Below, piece by piece: positions 1 to 7,871 of a stretch of 64,000 nucleotides of DNA. Source of the DNA: an uncultured virus (IMG/VR IMGVR_UViG_3300028603_000035) (lineage: Duplodnaviria; Heunggongvirae; Uroviricota; Caudoviricetes; Crassvirales). Location: the IMG/VR virus record IMGVR_UViG_3300028603_000035; one strand, 5' to 3'. A program made the position numbers and the translations under genes. Below the pieces are notes generated by a model. That model made no database searches. It was not told where the DNA came from and was given only the letters and a program-made list of their open reading frames with translations. Each line of letters begins with the position of its first letter. The stretch's first letter is position 1.

Positions 1-47
1 TTCCCTGGCGTATCTATACCGTGTCCGTTATCCAATATTACTAACAT
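1..47 (-). CDS. N-acetylmuramoyl-L-alanine amidase (Amidase_3) endolysin, 5' end only (runs off window)
   Basis: My translation of the reverse complement from ATG at 47 gives MLVILDNGHGIDTPG(K), the Amidase_3 N-terminal 'ILDxGHG' Zn-binding motif. Not in the ORF track. Confidence 0.85.
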   Translation of the reverse strand, partial: MLVILDNGHGIDTPG

Positions 48-157
48 TATAACCTATTTGCGTTTAATAAACTATTTTCATAGGCTTCTTTTTCTTCCGC
101 TGTTGCTTCTCTGTAATTGTCTTTTGTTGTTGCTATTTCTGTAATTGTTCGTGCCAT
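47..157 (-). CDS. small hypothetical protein (36 aa, MARTITEIATTKDNYREATAEEKEAYENSLLNANRL)
   Basis: ATG lies 1 nt after the tail-fibre stop, and its TAA overlaps the amidase ATG (TAATG coupling). It fills the gap exactly. Confidence 0.6.
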   Translation of the reverse strand: MARTITEIATTKDNYREATAEEKEAYENSLLNANRL

Positions 158-158
158 G

Positions 159-1685
159 TTACCAAGTATTTTGTTTTATTATTATCCATTCATATGTACT
201 CGCTCCTGTCTGCATACACATTTCCACATATGAGTTATTTGCATCAGCCCTGTATCTAATCGCCCCTGCGTTTGCAGCACTCGCGGATGCGGTATCGTTT
301 CCAATTTTTACACTTCCATTTACGTCTAATTTTGCTGCAGGGATAGTGGTGCCAATGCCAACGTTGCCGGCGCTAAATATTGTGTTACCAGAACCGACAG
401 CTTGCGGATTAATAACAAGATTCGTTCCATTATAAGTCAGCGTAGCGTTGTCGTGAGAACCTAAAATAAATTTCTTATTTGTAATTACTGCCAACCCGTT
501 ACCAGTAACAAAAGCTTGGGTCTTACCACCCCTCTGCAAATATATGTGTCCAGACTGAGAATTTAAAATTAATTGATTACCCGGATTAGTGTCAATATAT
601 ATATCGCTATAAGCGCCGGTGGTATTATTTAGTCGTATTCCATTTGTGTCAGAAGTTTGTTTTATGTCCAGCTTTACGATTGGTGCCGCATTCCCAATAC
701 CTACCCTATGATTTACACTGTCAACAAATAAAGTGTTACTGTCAAAATTTTGGTTCCCTGATATAGAATTACCTCCTGATAAATTGGCTTTTGCCCCTAA
801 CAACAAGTCAGCAGCGTTCTTATCATAATAGTCAGTAAGGTTCACCTTCTGTCCCTCTAACTCACTAATGCTATAATACCCCACCTGTAATGAACCTGTA
901 ACAGCTATGTCATCCAAAAACGTGGTGTCATCAACATATACATACGGAACACTACTACTACCAATAGCACTAATCCAATAGTCCGGAACCTCGGTGTCTA
1001 CTACATAGAAGTTCTTACCATAAGGGTAGGCAGTAGGAACAGCAGCATTTAGCAATGTTACTAAAGCAGCTATATCCGTTACTGTCTCTCCGTTGCCTGC
1101 TCCCTTAGCAATAGCATTCACCTCGTTGATAGCCGGCGTCAGCCTCTTATCAATAGTATCTAAAGAAGGTATAACGGTAGATACATCTAACTTAGCATCC
1201 CATGCTGATGTCTTAACATGAGTAACATGTATATCCTCATCACCAATATGACTTTGTATGTTCTCATTGGCAGGCTCAAAGTCTAATATTGGTAGGTCAT
1301 CAAGGCTGTTATAACTCTTCTCCGCTAAATCATTCAACTTATGATTATGACTCCTGTCCGAATACTCATTATCAAAAAAAGTCTTTAATAAAGCCTTGAC
1401 CTTACTAAAAGCTACCTTGATGAAATTACCCCCTCTGTCAGCCAACAACTCATCACTATCGCCAACAACATCCTCACTCGTGATGTCTAACTTCTGTACT
1501 ATGCTCGCCTTGTCCTCATCACCCGTGTTCTCACCCGATACCTTATCCAAAGCAACCCTGTTGCCGTGAGTGTGTGAATTACTATCCTTAGGAACAACAC
1601 AGCTTGCACCATCAATCTTAGCATTGTACAACGTGTTGCTACACATATCTACATCACTGCCTATATCATAACGCTCTTTAGCCAT
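159..1685 (-). CDS. tail fibre / receptor-binding protein
   Basis: 508 aa with trimeric-fibre repeats HRVGIGNAAPIVKLDI and GNVGIGTTIPAAKLDVNG, fibre-type segments HIGDEDIHVT and SYNSLDDLP, and a GAIRYR...CMQTG..W C-terminus. Lies next to the endolysin. Confidence 0.75.
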   Translation of the reverse strand: MAKERYDIGSDVDMCSNTLYNAKIDGASCVVPKDSNSHTHGNRVALDKVSGENTGDEDKASIVQKLDITSEDVVGDSDELLADRGGNFIKVAFSKVKALLKTFFDNEYSDRSHNHKLNDLAEKSYNSLDDLPILDFEPANENIQSHIGDEDIHVTHVKTSAWDAKLDVSTVIPSLDTIDKRLTPAINEVNAIAKGAGNGETVTDIAALVTLLNAAVPTAYPYGKNFYVVDTEVPDYWISAIGSSSVPYVYVDDTTFLDDIAVTGSLQVGYYSISELEGQKVNLTDYYDKNAADLLLGAKANLSGGNSISGNQNFDSNTLFVDSVNHRVGIGNAAPIVKLDIKQTSDTNGIRLNNTTGAYSDIYIDTNPGNQLILNSQSGHIYLQRGGKTQAFVTGNGLAVITNKKFILGSHDNATLTYNGTNLVINPQAVGSGNTIFSAGNVGIGTTIPAAKLDVNGSVKIGNDTASASAANAGAIRYRADANNSYVEMCMQTGASTYEWIIIKQNTW

Positions 1686-1705
1686 ATAACTACCATCTAT
1701 GTAAA

Positions 1706-2035
1706 TTAACCATTACTACTACTATCTCCTAAACCTCGCCGAACACTAACACTAACACTATCACTAACATCAGAAACATCATCCTCCACATCACTACAAC
1801 CGTCCAAACGATGATAAAAACAATCACAAGCAGGATGAACAGACACCTCACTGATACCGTCCTCCACAAATTCTATACCGCTATCATCACCCAAAAGAAT
1901 ATATCTAACACCGCCAAACAAAACCCTAAACAACCTATAAACACAAACAAACATGTCCGACAGACAATCCTCTCGTAAAGCAGTGCCTACACCACCCGAA
2001 AACATACTACCATTATTTCTGTCAAACATATCCAT
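1706..2035 (-). CDS. hypothetical protein (G/V/D/S-biased)
   Basis: 109-aa ORF packed between neighbours; its composition reflects the local strand skew. Confidence 0.4.
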   Translation of the reverse strand: MDMFDRNNGSMFSGGVGTALREDCLSDMFVCVYRLFRVLFGGVRYILLGDDSGIEFVEDGISEVSVHPACDCFYHRLDGCSDVEDDVSDVSDSVSVSVRRGLGDSSSNG

Positions 2036-2041
2036 AACCGC

Positions 2042-2737
2042 CTAATTATCCCTTTCTACCCGGCTTCCACCATCCTGAACACACTCTATATCTCCATCCG
2101 CTCCAACGCCAACAACAGCACCACTACCCGCATTGCAACCAATATCCCCGAAAGAACTTACATCATTATCATCCAAACAAGGCAAATAATCCTCATGCGA
2201 TAACTCCTCTATCAATAAACGAAATTGCTCTATGTCCATAGCACTCATACTGTCAGGAAAACCCCTGTAACTCATAGGATAAATGTCAAACTCCACATAC
2301 TCCGATAACTTCTTATCATATGCCTCCCGCAACTCACCCTCACGCTCCAATATAGAACCATAACGCTTGTCATAATCCTGTCTCGCTAAATTAAGCTGCT
2401 TTAAGCCCTCAGACGATAGCTTGTCCTCCTCGTGATACTTTATACCAAAACGAGAATAAAGCTCGTCTAAACCCCTGTAATAACCCTCTAACGGCTCAAT
2501 AATACTGCTTAACTCCCCAACAACATCCCTGACCAACTCCATATTCTTGTAACAATACATACCAAACCACTTCCCACTATTAAGACGACCCCACTTCAAC
2601 AACCCTAAATGTAATATACGCAACGAAACATAACGTACCTTAACTCTCGCCTTACGTAAACCATCACTAAAATACGAACGTACGTAATTCTCACCCGATA
2701 AACCTACACCACTAACAATAAATTCTCTGTCTAACAT
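2042..2737 (-). CDS. hypothetical protein, first gene of the leftward unit
   Basis: 231-aa ORF with an A-rich leader and a helical central part. Confidence 0.6.
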   Translation of the reverse strand: MLDREFIVSGVGLSGENYVRSYFSDGLRKARVKVRYVSLRILHLGLLKWGRLNSGKWFGMYCYKNMELVRDVVGELSSIIEPLEGYYRGLDELYSRFGIKYHEEDKLSSEGLKQLNLARQDYDKRYGSILEREGELREAYDKKLSEYVEFDIYPMSYRGFPDSMSAMDIEQFRLLIEELSHEDYLPCLDDNDVSSFGDIGCNAGSGAVVGVGADGDIECVQDGGSRVERDN

Positions 2738-2782
2738 AATTATTATATTTTAATCGTTTTTTAATATCTCTATTCCTAAACG

Positions 2783-2810
2783 CAAAATTATATAAAATTA
2801 TTATACAAAA
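2783..2810 (-). promoter_or_regulatory. possible Bacteroidetes sigma70 -7 element (TAATTTTG) for the leftward operon
   Basis: Minus-strand TAATTTTG (2790-2783) matches TAnnTTTG. The upstream TTTG is only 15 nt away, a non-canonical spacing. Confidence 0.35.
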
Positions 2811-3351
2811 ATAAAAAATTATAAATTTTATTAACTTTTTTTTGTTAAACATAAAAAACTAACAAATATAACATACACCCCCCTACGCCTTTCTTCCCCC
2901 CTTATAATCCCCCTATCTATCTATTACCCCCTATATCTACTGTCAGTGATATAGTAACTATATAACTATAACAACTAACAGTAATAATATTTATATAATA
3001 TAATATATAATAATTATAATATAATAATATATAATAACTATAGTAACTAAAAGAAATAATAATACAAATAACAAACTATAATAACTAATACTACTATCAA
3101 AAACTTCACTTAATAAATACAAAATTACTACTATCAAAATATCCCCTATACCCCCCTTACCCCCCTAACCCCCTTTAAAAATAAAAATATACACAAAAAT
3201 ACCCTATACACAATAACAAATACGACAACTATAGAAAACAAATAAATAACTCAAATATATTAAATACGCCCCACACACATAACCCCCCTGATAGCCCCCT
3301 ATGCTTATCTTAATAAATAATCTATTTAATAACTTTAAAAATTAATATCTT

Positions 3352-3840
3352 ATGGAAATGCAAAAAATACAAGAACTTTTTAAACAATTAGAAGACTTAA
3401 AAAAGGAAGAGAAACAAGAGAAGTCAGCAGAGACAACAGAATTGGAAAAAGTAAAGAGGGAGAAAGTGGGTAGTTGTTTGTACGATTTACGCACCGCCTT
3501 TATAAATAAAATCCCTCAAGGCTTGAAAGAGAGAAAATCATTTACATTAAATGTCGTTAAAATCGATGTAAGAAAATCAGATGTAAGCAATTTAATTGAT
3601 TGGCTACTAAAAAACGGGCGAGAAGATAGAGCTAACGAAATAGAAGCAAATAAAGATCGGTTTTTCGATATTTCAATAGTTGCAGATGATGGAAGTACTG
3701 AGCTATTTAATTCTGGGATTTTGTCGTATGACAAAAAAAATTCATTGGAAAAGTTAATAGTTAAATCTGGTAACGGCTTTGATTATTACGTAAATACGAT
3801 GACTTGGGACGCAAGCAATAGAGAGCTGTTTTTTGCTTAA
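3352..3840 (+). CDS. hypothetical early protein, monocistronic
   Basis: 162-aa ORF with an A-rich leader, followed immediately by a strong terminator. Confidence 0.8.
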   Translation: MEMQKIQELFKQLEDLKKEEKQEKSAETTELEKVKREKVGSCLYDLRTAFINKIPQGLKERKSFTLNVVKIDVRKSDVSNLIDWLLKNGREDRANEIEANKDRFFDISIVADDGSTELFNSGILSYDKKNSLEKLIVKSGNGFDYYVNTMTWDASNRELFFA

Positions 3841-3845
3841 AAATC

Positions 3846-3872
3846 AAAGGGACACCTTCGGGTGTTCCTTTT
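3846..3872 (+). terminator. intrinsic terminator
   Basis: AAAGGGACACC-TTCG-GGTGTTCCTTTT: stem with a cUUCGg tetraloop and U tract right after the 3840 stop. Confidence 0.85.
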
Positions 3873-3880
3873 ATTATTAA

Positions 3881-3931
3881 AACTCCTGAACATTAGCCAG
3901 CAGTTCGGGGGTTCGTTCTACGGCTGGCTAA
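3881..3931 (+). ncRNA. candidate H-type pseudoknot RNA
   Basis: S1 3881-3891/3903-3913 is 11 bp with 2 G-U pairs. Loop nt 3893-3901 (TTAGCCAGC) pair perfectly with 3923-3931 (GCTGGCTAA). Confidence 0.55.
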
Positions 3932-3989
3932 ACAGATAAGACGCTTCGCCATTCTATTGGAAGATGGTCAGTGAGAATGATATTGTTTT

Positions 3990-4038
3990 AACATAGAGAG
4001 AAAAAAAAAGAATACAAACACTCTCTATGTTTTTTTTA
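3990..4038 (+). terminator. terminator-like hairpin
   Basis: AACATAGAGAG...CTCTCTATGTT 11-bp inverted repeat followed by a T run. Confidence 0.55.
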
Positions 4039-4148
4039 ACAACACAGACAAATTAGCCACAAGTTGTAATTTTGTTCTTTGAAACATTTCATTCCTGCCA
4101 AAACAAGGAAGAAACATAGGAAAAACAGTAAAAAGGAACATATTCTCG

Positions 4149-4209
4149 TAACTGCTTGATTTCCATTAAATGATTATCAGTGAGTTAAGAGAAACGTAAA
4201 ATATTGATA
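4149..4209. promoter_or_regulatory. three IHF-consensus-like sites
   Basis: WATCAANNNNTTR matches at 4149-4161 (minus, exact), 4175-4187 (plus, 1 mismatch) and 4197-4209 (minus, exact). Confidence 0.5.
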
Positions 4210-4822
4210 ATCAAAGACAGGTCTCCGATTTATCGAGGGTGAGACAAGCCAAATATTTACAAGGGCTTTTTTAACTGTTTTAGCACTCGGTAACACTAGC
4301 CTGCTTTTATGTCTCTATTCCACGTAAAGGAATAATACTTAACAATATAAATATGATAAATCTATATCTATAGTAATATAAGTAATATAGTAGTAACTGG
4401 ATTATATTTTTATTTATAGTTCTATTTGTTTATTATTTATATTTCATTTATGTTTGTTTCTATTTATAAGTACTAGATATATTATGTTTATTTATATTTT
4501 ATTTATATTATTTATTAGATTATTTATTTTAATATTTATTTAGTGTTATTTTATGTCATTAAGATTATTTTAGGTGTTTTGATATTTTTTTTATTTTATT
4601 GTTTGTTTTACGGTTTTATTTTAAGTTTCAGGTACAATAATATAAAAATTAGGAGGTATTGTTTTTTAGTTTTTAGTTTTTGGTTAGTTTTTATATTTGT
4701 TTGGATAATTTATGAATGTAGGGATAAATCATGTATATAGGAATTGGGGTAATGGTTTATTTTTACAGGTTTATTATGGTAGTTATCGTTTAGCATAGTT
4801 TTTATTATAGGGTTTGTAGTGG

Positions 4823-4870
4823 TTTAGGGTTAGGTTTAGGGTTAGGTTTAGGATTAGGATTAGGATTAGG
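4823..4870 (+). repeat. hexamer tandem array (NTTAGG)x8
   Basis: TTTAGG GTTAGG TTTAGG GTTAGG TTTAGG ATTAGG ATTAGG ATTAGG read directly. Confidence 0.9.
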
Positions 4871-4968
4871 TGGGATGATGTTAGGCGGTGATGTGAGTTC
4901 GATTCTCACGATAGGCACTAAAATAGAATAATAATTAAAATAAATATTACCATTTAAAATTTATAAAT

Positions 4969-5133
4969 ATGAAGAATAAAGATTTAAACATAGTAGAATA
5001 TGTAGAAAAAGGAAGTAAAGAGAACAAAACCACTATCTTTGGGATAGATAAGGATAGTTTTTACGGCACAACGGCTGCCATAGTATTCTTTGGTTTCTTT
5101 TTAATTTTACTTTACGGCTTTATTGGAGCTTAA
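4969..5133 (+). CDS. small membrane protein (54 aa)
   Basis: My translation MKNKDLNIVEY...AAIVFFGFFLILLYGFIGA has a C-terminal TM helix and an A-rich leader. Confidence 0.6.
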   Translation: MKNKDLNIVEYVEKGSKENKTTIFGIDKDSFYGTTAAIVFFGFFLILLYGFIGA

Positions 5134-5154
5134 GGTAAATATAATAAAAAAAAA

Positions 5155-5292
5155 ATGCGTAAATATATTTATATAGCCGGTAGGGCTATAGATATAAAGA
5201 AAGCATTGAATATAGCATCGGAGGTGGTGATTGGATTGCTGTCCTTCGCTTGCTTGTTCTTCATATGCTATATGATAGCTTTGATAGCATAG
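5155..5292 (+). CDS. small membrane protein (45 aa)
   Basis: MRKYIYIAG...VVIGLLSFACLFFICYMIALIA: one TM helix, poly-A leader. Confidence 0.55.
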   Translation: MRKYIYIAGRAIDIKKALNIASEVVIGLLSFACLFFICYMIALIA

Positions 5293-5379
5293 CTGTATGT
5301 AGTATATTAAAACAGAAAAAAATAATAGAGAAAAAAAATAATTTTAACTAATATTAACTAAAAAATAAATATAAATAAT

Positions 5380-6114
5380 ATGAAAAATAAAGAGAGGTTA
5401 GACAGCAACCTAAAACTGTCGGAAGGGAATTTCTCAATTTCTCTTATCACGAGTAAAAATGATAGAGAATTAAGTGAGATAAATAAAAAAAACAAACAAA
5501 TTACAGATAAATTGAAAGGATTACAGACTATAGATAATAATCCATTTATTACAAGTAGAGATGTAAATGCTTTAAGGGTGTTTGCAAGCTTCACGGGAAT
5601 GACATTATTCGTCAAAAACAAAACGGAATGTTATTTAAAAGATTCTCAAAACCGTTATTGGTTTGTGGAGAAATCTTTCCAATACAAACCGTTTGTGAGA
5701 CGGACTATCTTTTATCGTTGGATAGAGAAGGTGGTTAAGACAACGAGAGAAGGTGGTAAAAAGGTAGAAAAAGAAGTAGAGAACACCGATTTAATACCTA
5801 TCAATAAAGGAGAGCAATTGTCGTACAACAATAAAGTGCGTAAGCACTATTATAAGTACGGCAATAAGACGTTATTTTTATCCACTGAGCAATTAATAAA
5901 GAACAATAATTGTTCTATATATGCGTTGGTGGTAAAAGACGTTAATGGTAAGGCTATTAATGTCAGCCATTTTTTATGGGAGTTGGCTGAATACGAAAGC
6001 CTCATCCAAAGACATACCATTCTTAAAGGTAAGGATTTGCTTTTAGGGAAAGTGGAGAGCATAGGCAGATATTTTGATGTTGTAATAAACAACATTCAAA
6101 GGTTGGTAGGGTAG
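5380..6114 (+). CDS. hypothetical basic early protein
   Basis: 244-aa ORF followed by a terminator. Confidence 0.8.
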   Translation: MKNKERLDSNLKLSEGNFSISLITSKNDRELSEINKKNKQITDKLKGLQTIDNNPFITSRDVNALRVFASFTGMTLFVKNKTECYLKDSQNRYWFVEKSFQYKPFVRRTIFYRWIEKVVKTTREGGKKVEKEVENTDLIPINKGEQLSYNNKVRKHYYKYGNKTLFLSTEQLIKNNNCSIYALVVKDVNGKAINVSHFLWELAEYESLIQRHTILKGKDLLLGKVESIGRYFDVVINNIQRLVG

Positions 6115-6134
6115 AAAAAAAAACAATATATAAT

Positions 6135-6171
6135 AGAGTGGTGGATATACAACGGCATTCACCGCTCTTTT
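6135..6171 (+). terminator. intrinsic terminator
   Basis: AGAGTGGTGGAT...ATTCACCGCTCT stem followed by T residues. Confidence 0.6.
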
Positions 6172-6300
6172 AACAACAATTAAAAAATAAAAAATAATGG
6201 AAGACATGATAAAAGCCCCAAAAGGGTATGAATTTAAGCAAGTTGATAAAAAAAACAGAGAGAAGGTAAGAATAATGAAACTAAATTAAATACACAAAAT

Positions 6301-6741
6301 ATGAAAAAGTTAAATATTATTATTATGTTTATTTTGTCCTTGTGCTTCACAGCACAGGGGCAAAAGCAGTATGCCTATGAAAAATATAATTTTGATTGGG
6401 AGTTTAATTATAGAGACGGATATTTCACTGATGCCGGCTTTACTATTTATAGTGTTGTTTATAATATAGGTATAAAAGTATATGGAGAAAAATTATATAT
6501 TATATTTGACGTCGATAGTGCAAATAAAGATATTTTGTGGAAGTACTATATAGATGAGGTAGATATAATAAGAGGGGAAAAATATGACAAATATAGATTT
6601 TTCTGTCTTGATATAAAAAACTATAGTTATATGGTTGTTGATTTTTATTTCAAAAAAAAGACAATAGAGATTTGTTTTTATTTTGTCGATGAAGAAGTAT
6701 TCTTTTTATTAGCAGATCCAAGAAAAGTAACAATAAATTAA
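6301..6741 (+). CDS. secreted/periplasmic protein with signal peptide
   Basis: MKKLNIIIMFILSLCFTAQG-Q is a typical Bacteroidetes SPI signal peptide ending before Gln; the mature part is beta-rich. Confidence 0.7.
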   Translation: MKKLNIIIMFILSLCFTAQGQKQYAYEKYNFDWEFNYRDGYFTDAGFTIYSVVYNIGIKVYGEKLYIIFDVDSANKDILWKYYIDEVDIIRGEKYDKYRFFCLDIKNYSYMVVDFYFKKKTIEICFYFVDEEVFFLLADPRKVTIN

Positions 6742-6755
6742 AAAACAATAACATT

Positions 6756-7178
6756 ATGATAAAAGCCCCAAAAAGCCAATATTTAAAAGTGGCAAGAGAA
6801 TTAAAAAAGAAAATATTAAACACTCCCGGAGAATATAAAGCATATTTGAATAAAAGAGTGGTTTCAGCTAAACAAGTGTATTATACGTTATTTATTTTTG
6901 ACTCTTCCGGAAAGTTTTATTTCTTAGTAGGAGACCTCGACTCAGAGGTGGGTAATTTATTTGATTGGAGAGAAGAATTTGTAGGTCTAGACAATCTCTT
7001 AATCCATTTTACGGGAACTATAAGTACATTATCTAAAGTGAAAGTAGATATTGCCATGTTAGCTTCTTGGATAGAAGCATATTATATATTAGAAGCATAT
7101 TCTTTAAATGACAAGAGCGGATATTATAGTTCTTTACAAAAGCAAATAAAATATGATTTTATAAATTTCTTAATATGA
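6756..7178 (+). CDS. hypothetical protein
   Basis: 140-aa ORF in the operon. Confidence 0.7.
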   Translation: MIKAPKSQYLKVARELKKKILNTPGEYKAYLNKRVVSAKQVYYTLFIFDSSGKFYFLVGDLDSEVGNLFDWREEFVGLDNLLIHFTGTISTLSKVKVDIAMLASWIEAYYILEAYSLNDKSGYYSSLQKQIKYDFINFLI

Positions 7179-7207
7179 TTTTATAAGTTTCTTAAAAAAA
7201 GACAACA

Positions 7208-7723
7208 ATGAGAGATAGAAATTTAATAATAATACTTGTTTTTTATCTGTTAGCTATTTTAGCTTCGATAGCATTTATTTTAAAGATAGACCCTTATACG
7301 GAGAATAAGCGAGAGAATAAGCGAGAGAATAAGCGAGAAAAGAAGGAGGTAAGGGTAGATACTGTCTATTACACTCCGTCGGATATGGAGTTAGTGCTGT
7401 TTGCTCTTATATGGCAAGAGAGTAAAGGCAATACCACTGCTATCTATAAAGAGGCAAGAGGGGTATTACAGATTACGCCTATATATATCCGAGAGGTGAA
7501 TAATCGTTTTAAAAGCGATTTTAAGCCTTCTGATGCATTTTCTTTTCAAAAGAGTGTTCTTATATGGAAAATGTTTCAAGATGCCCACAACCCTTCAAAA
7601 CACCCTAAAAAAGCTATCTTACTTCATAATCCAAAAGCAAGAGATAGATATTTTAATGAGGTGTGGGATAAATATAGGATGTTAAAATATTACACAGAAA
7701 ATATAGAAAAGGTAAAACTATGA
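7208..7723 (+). CDS. membrane-anchored lytic transglycosylase / lysozyme-like protein (paralogue 1)
   Basis: N-terminal TM helix; ALIWQESKG...ARGVLQITPIY matches the catalytic Glu 'ES' and 'GxxQ' motifs of the SLT/lysozyme-like fold. Confidence 0.75.
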   Translation: MRDRNLIIILVFYLLAILASIAFILKIDPYTENKRENKRENKREKKEVRVDTVYYTPSDMELVLFALIWQESKGNTTAIYKEARGVLQITPIYIREVNNRFKSDFKPSDAFSFQKSVLIWKMFQDAHNPSKHPKKAILLHNPKARDRYFNEVWDKYRMLKYYTENIEKVKL

Positions 7724-7869
7724 ATATAATCGTAGATATAATAGAGATACTATCGGTGATGGTGGGAGTTTCTGCCCTCCTTGCTATCATCGTTCTCTAT
7801 TTGATATTAGGGGTAGGAAAGAAAAGTGAAGATAAACTAAATAATATTTATAAAAACAAAATTCATTAA
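7720..7869 (+). CDS. small membrane protein (49 aa)
   Basis: ATGA overlap with the previous stop; ILSVMVGVSALLAIIVLYLILGV TM helix followed by a basic tail. Confidence 0.55.
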   Translation: MNIIVDIIEILSVMVGVSALLAIIVLYLILGVGKKSEDKLNNIYKNKIH

Positions 7870-7871
7870 AT

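Noticed and set aside
3881..3931. Theta/HDV-like or hammerhead ribozyme
   Set aside because: No P3/P1.1 nested pseudoknot, no CUGANGA/GAAA core and no adjacent complete tRNA.
4543..4740. 65-aa hydrophobic ORF
   Set aside because: Starts at GTG inside the C-depleted T-rich tract; F/L/I richness follows from base composition.
4760..4920. Complete tRNA gene
   Set aside because: Only the T-arm is recognisable; no D-arm, anticodon arm or properly spaced acceptor 5' strand.
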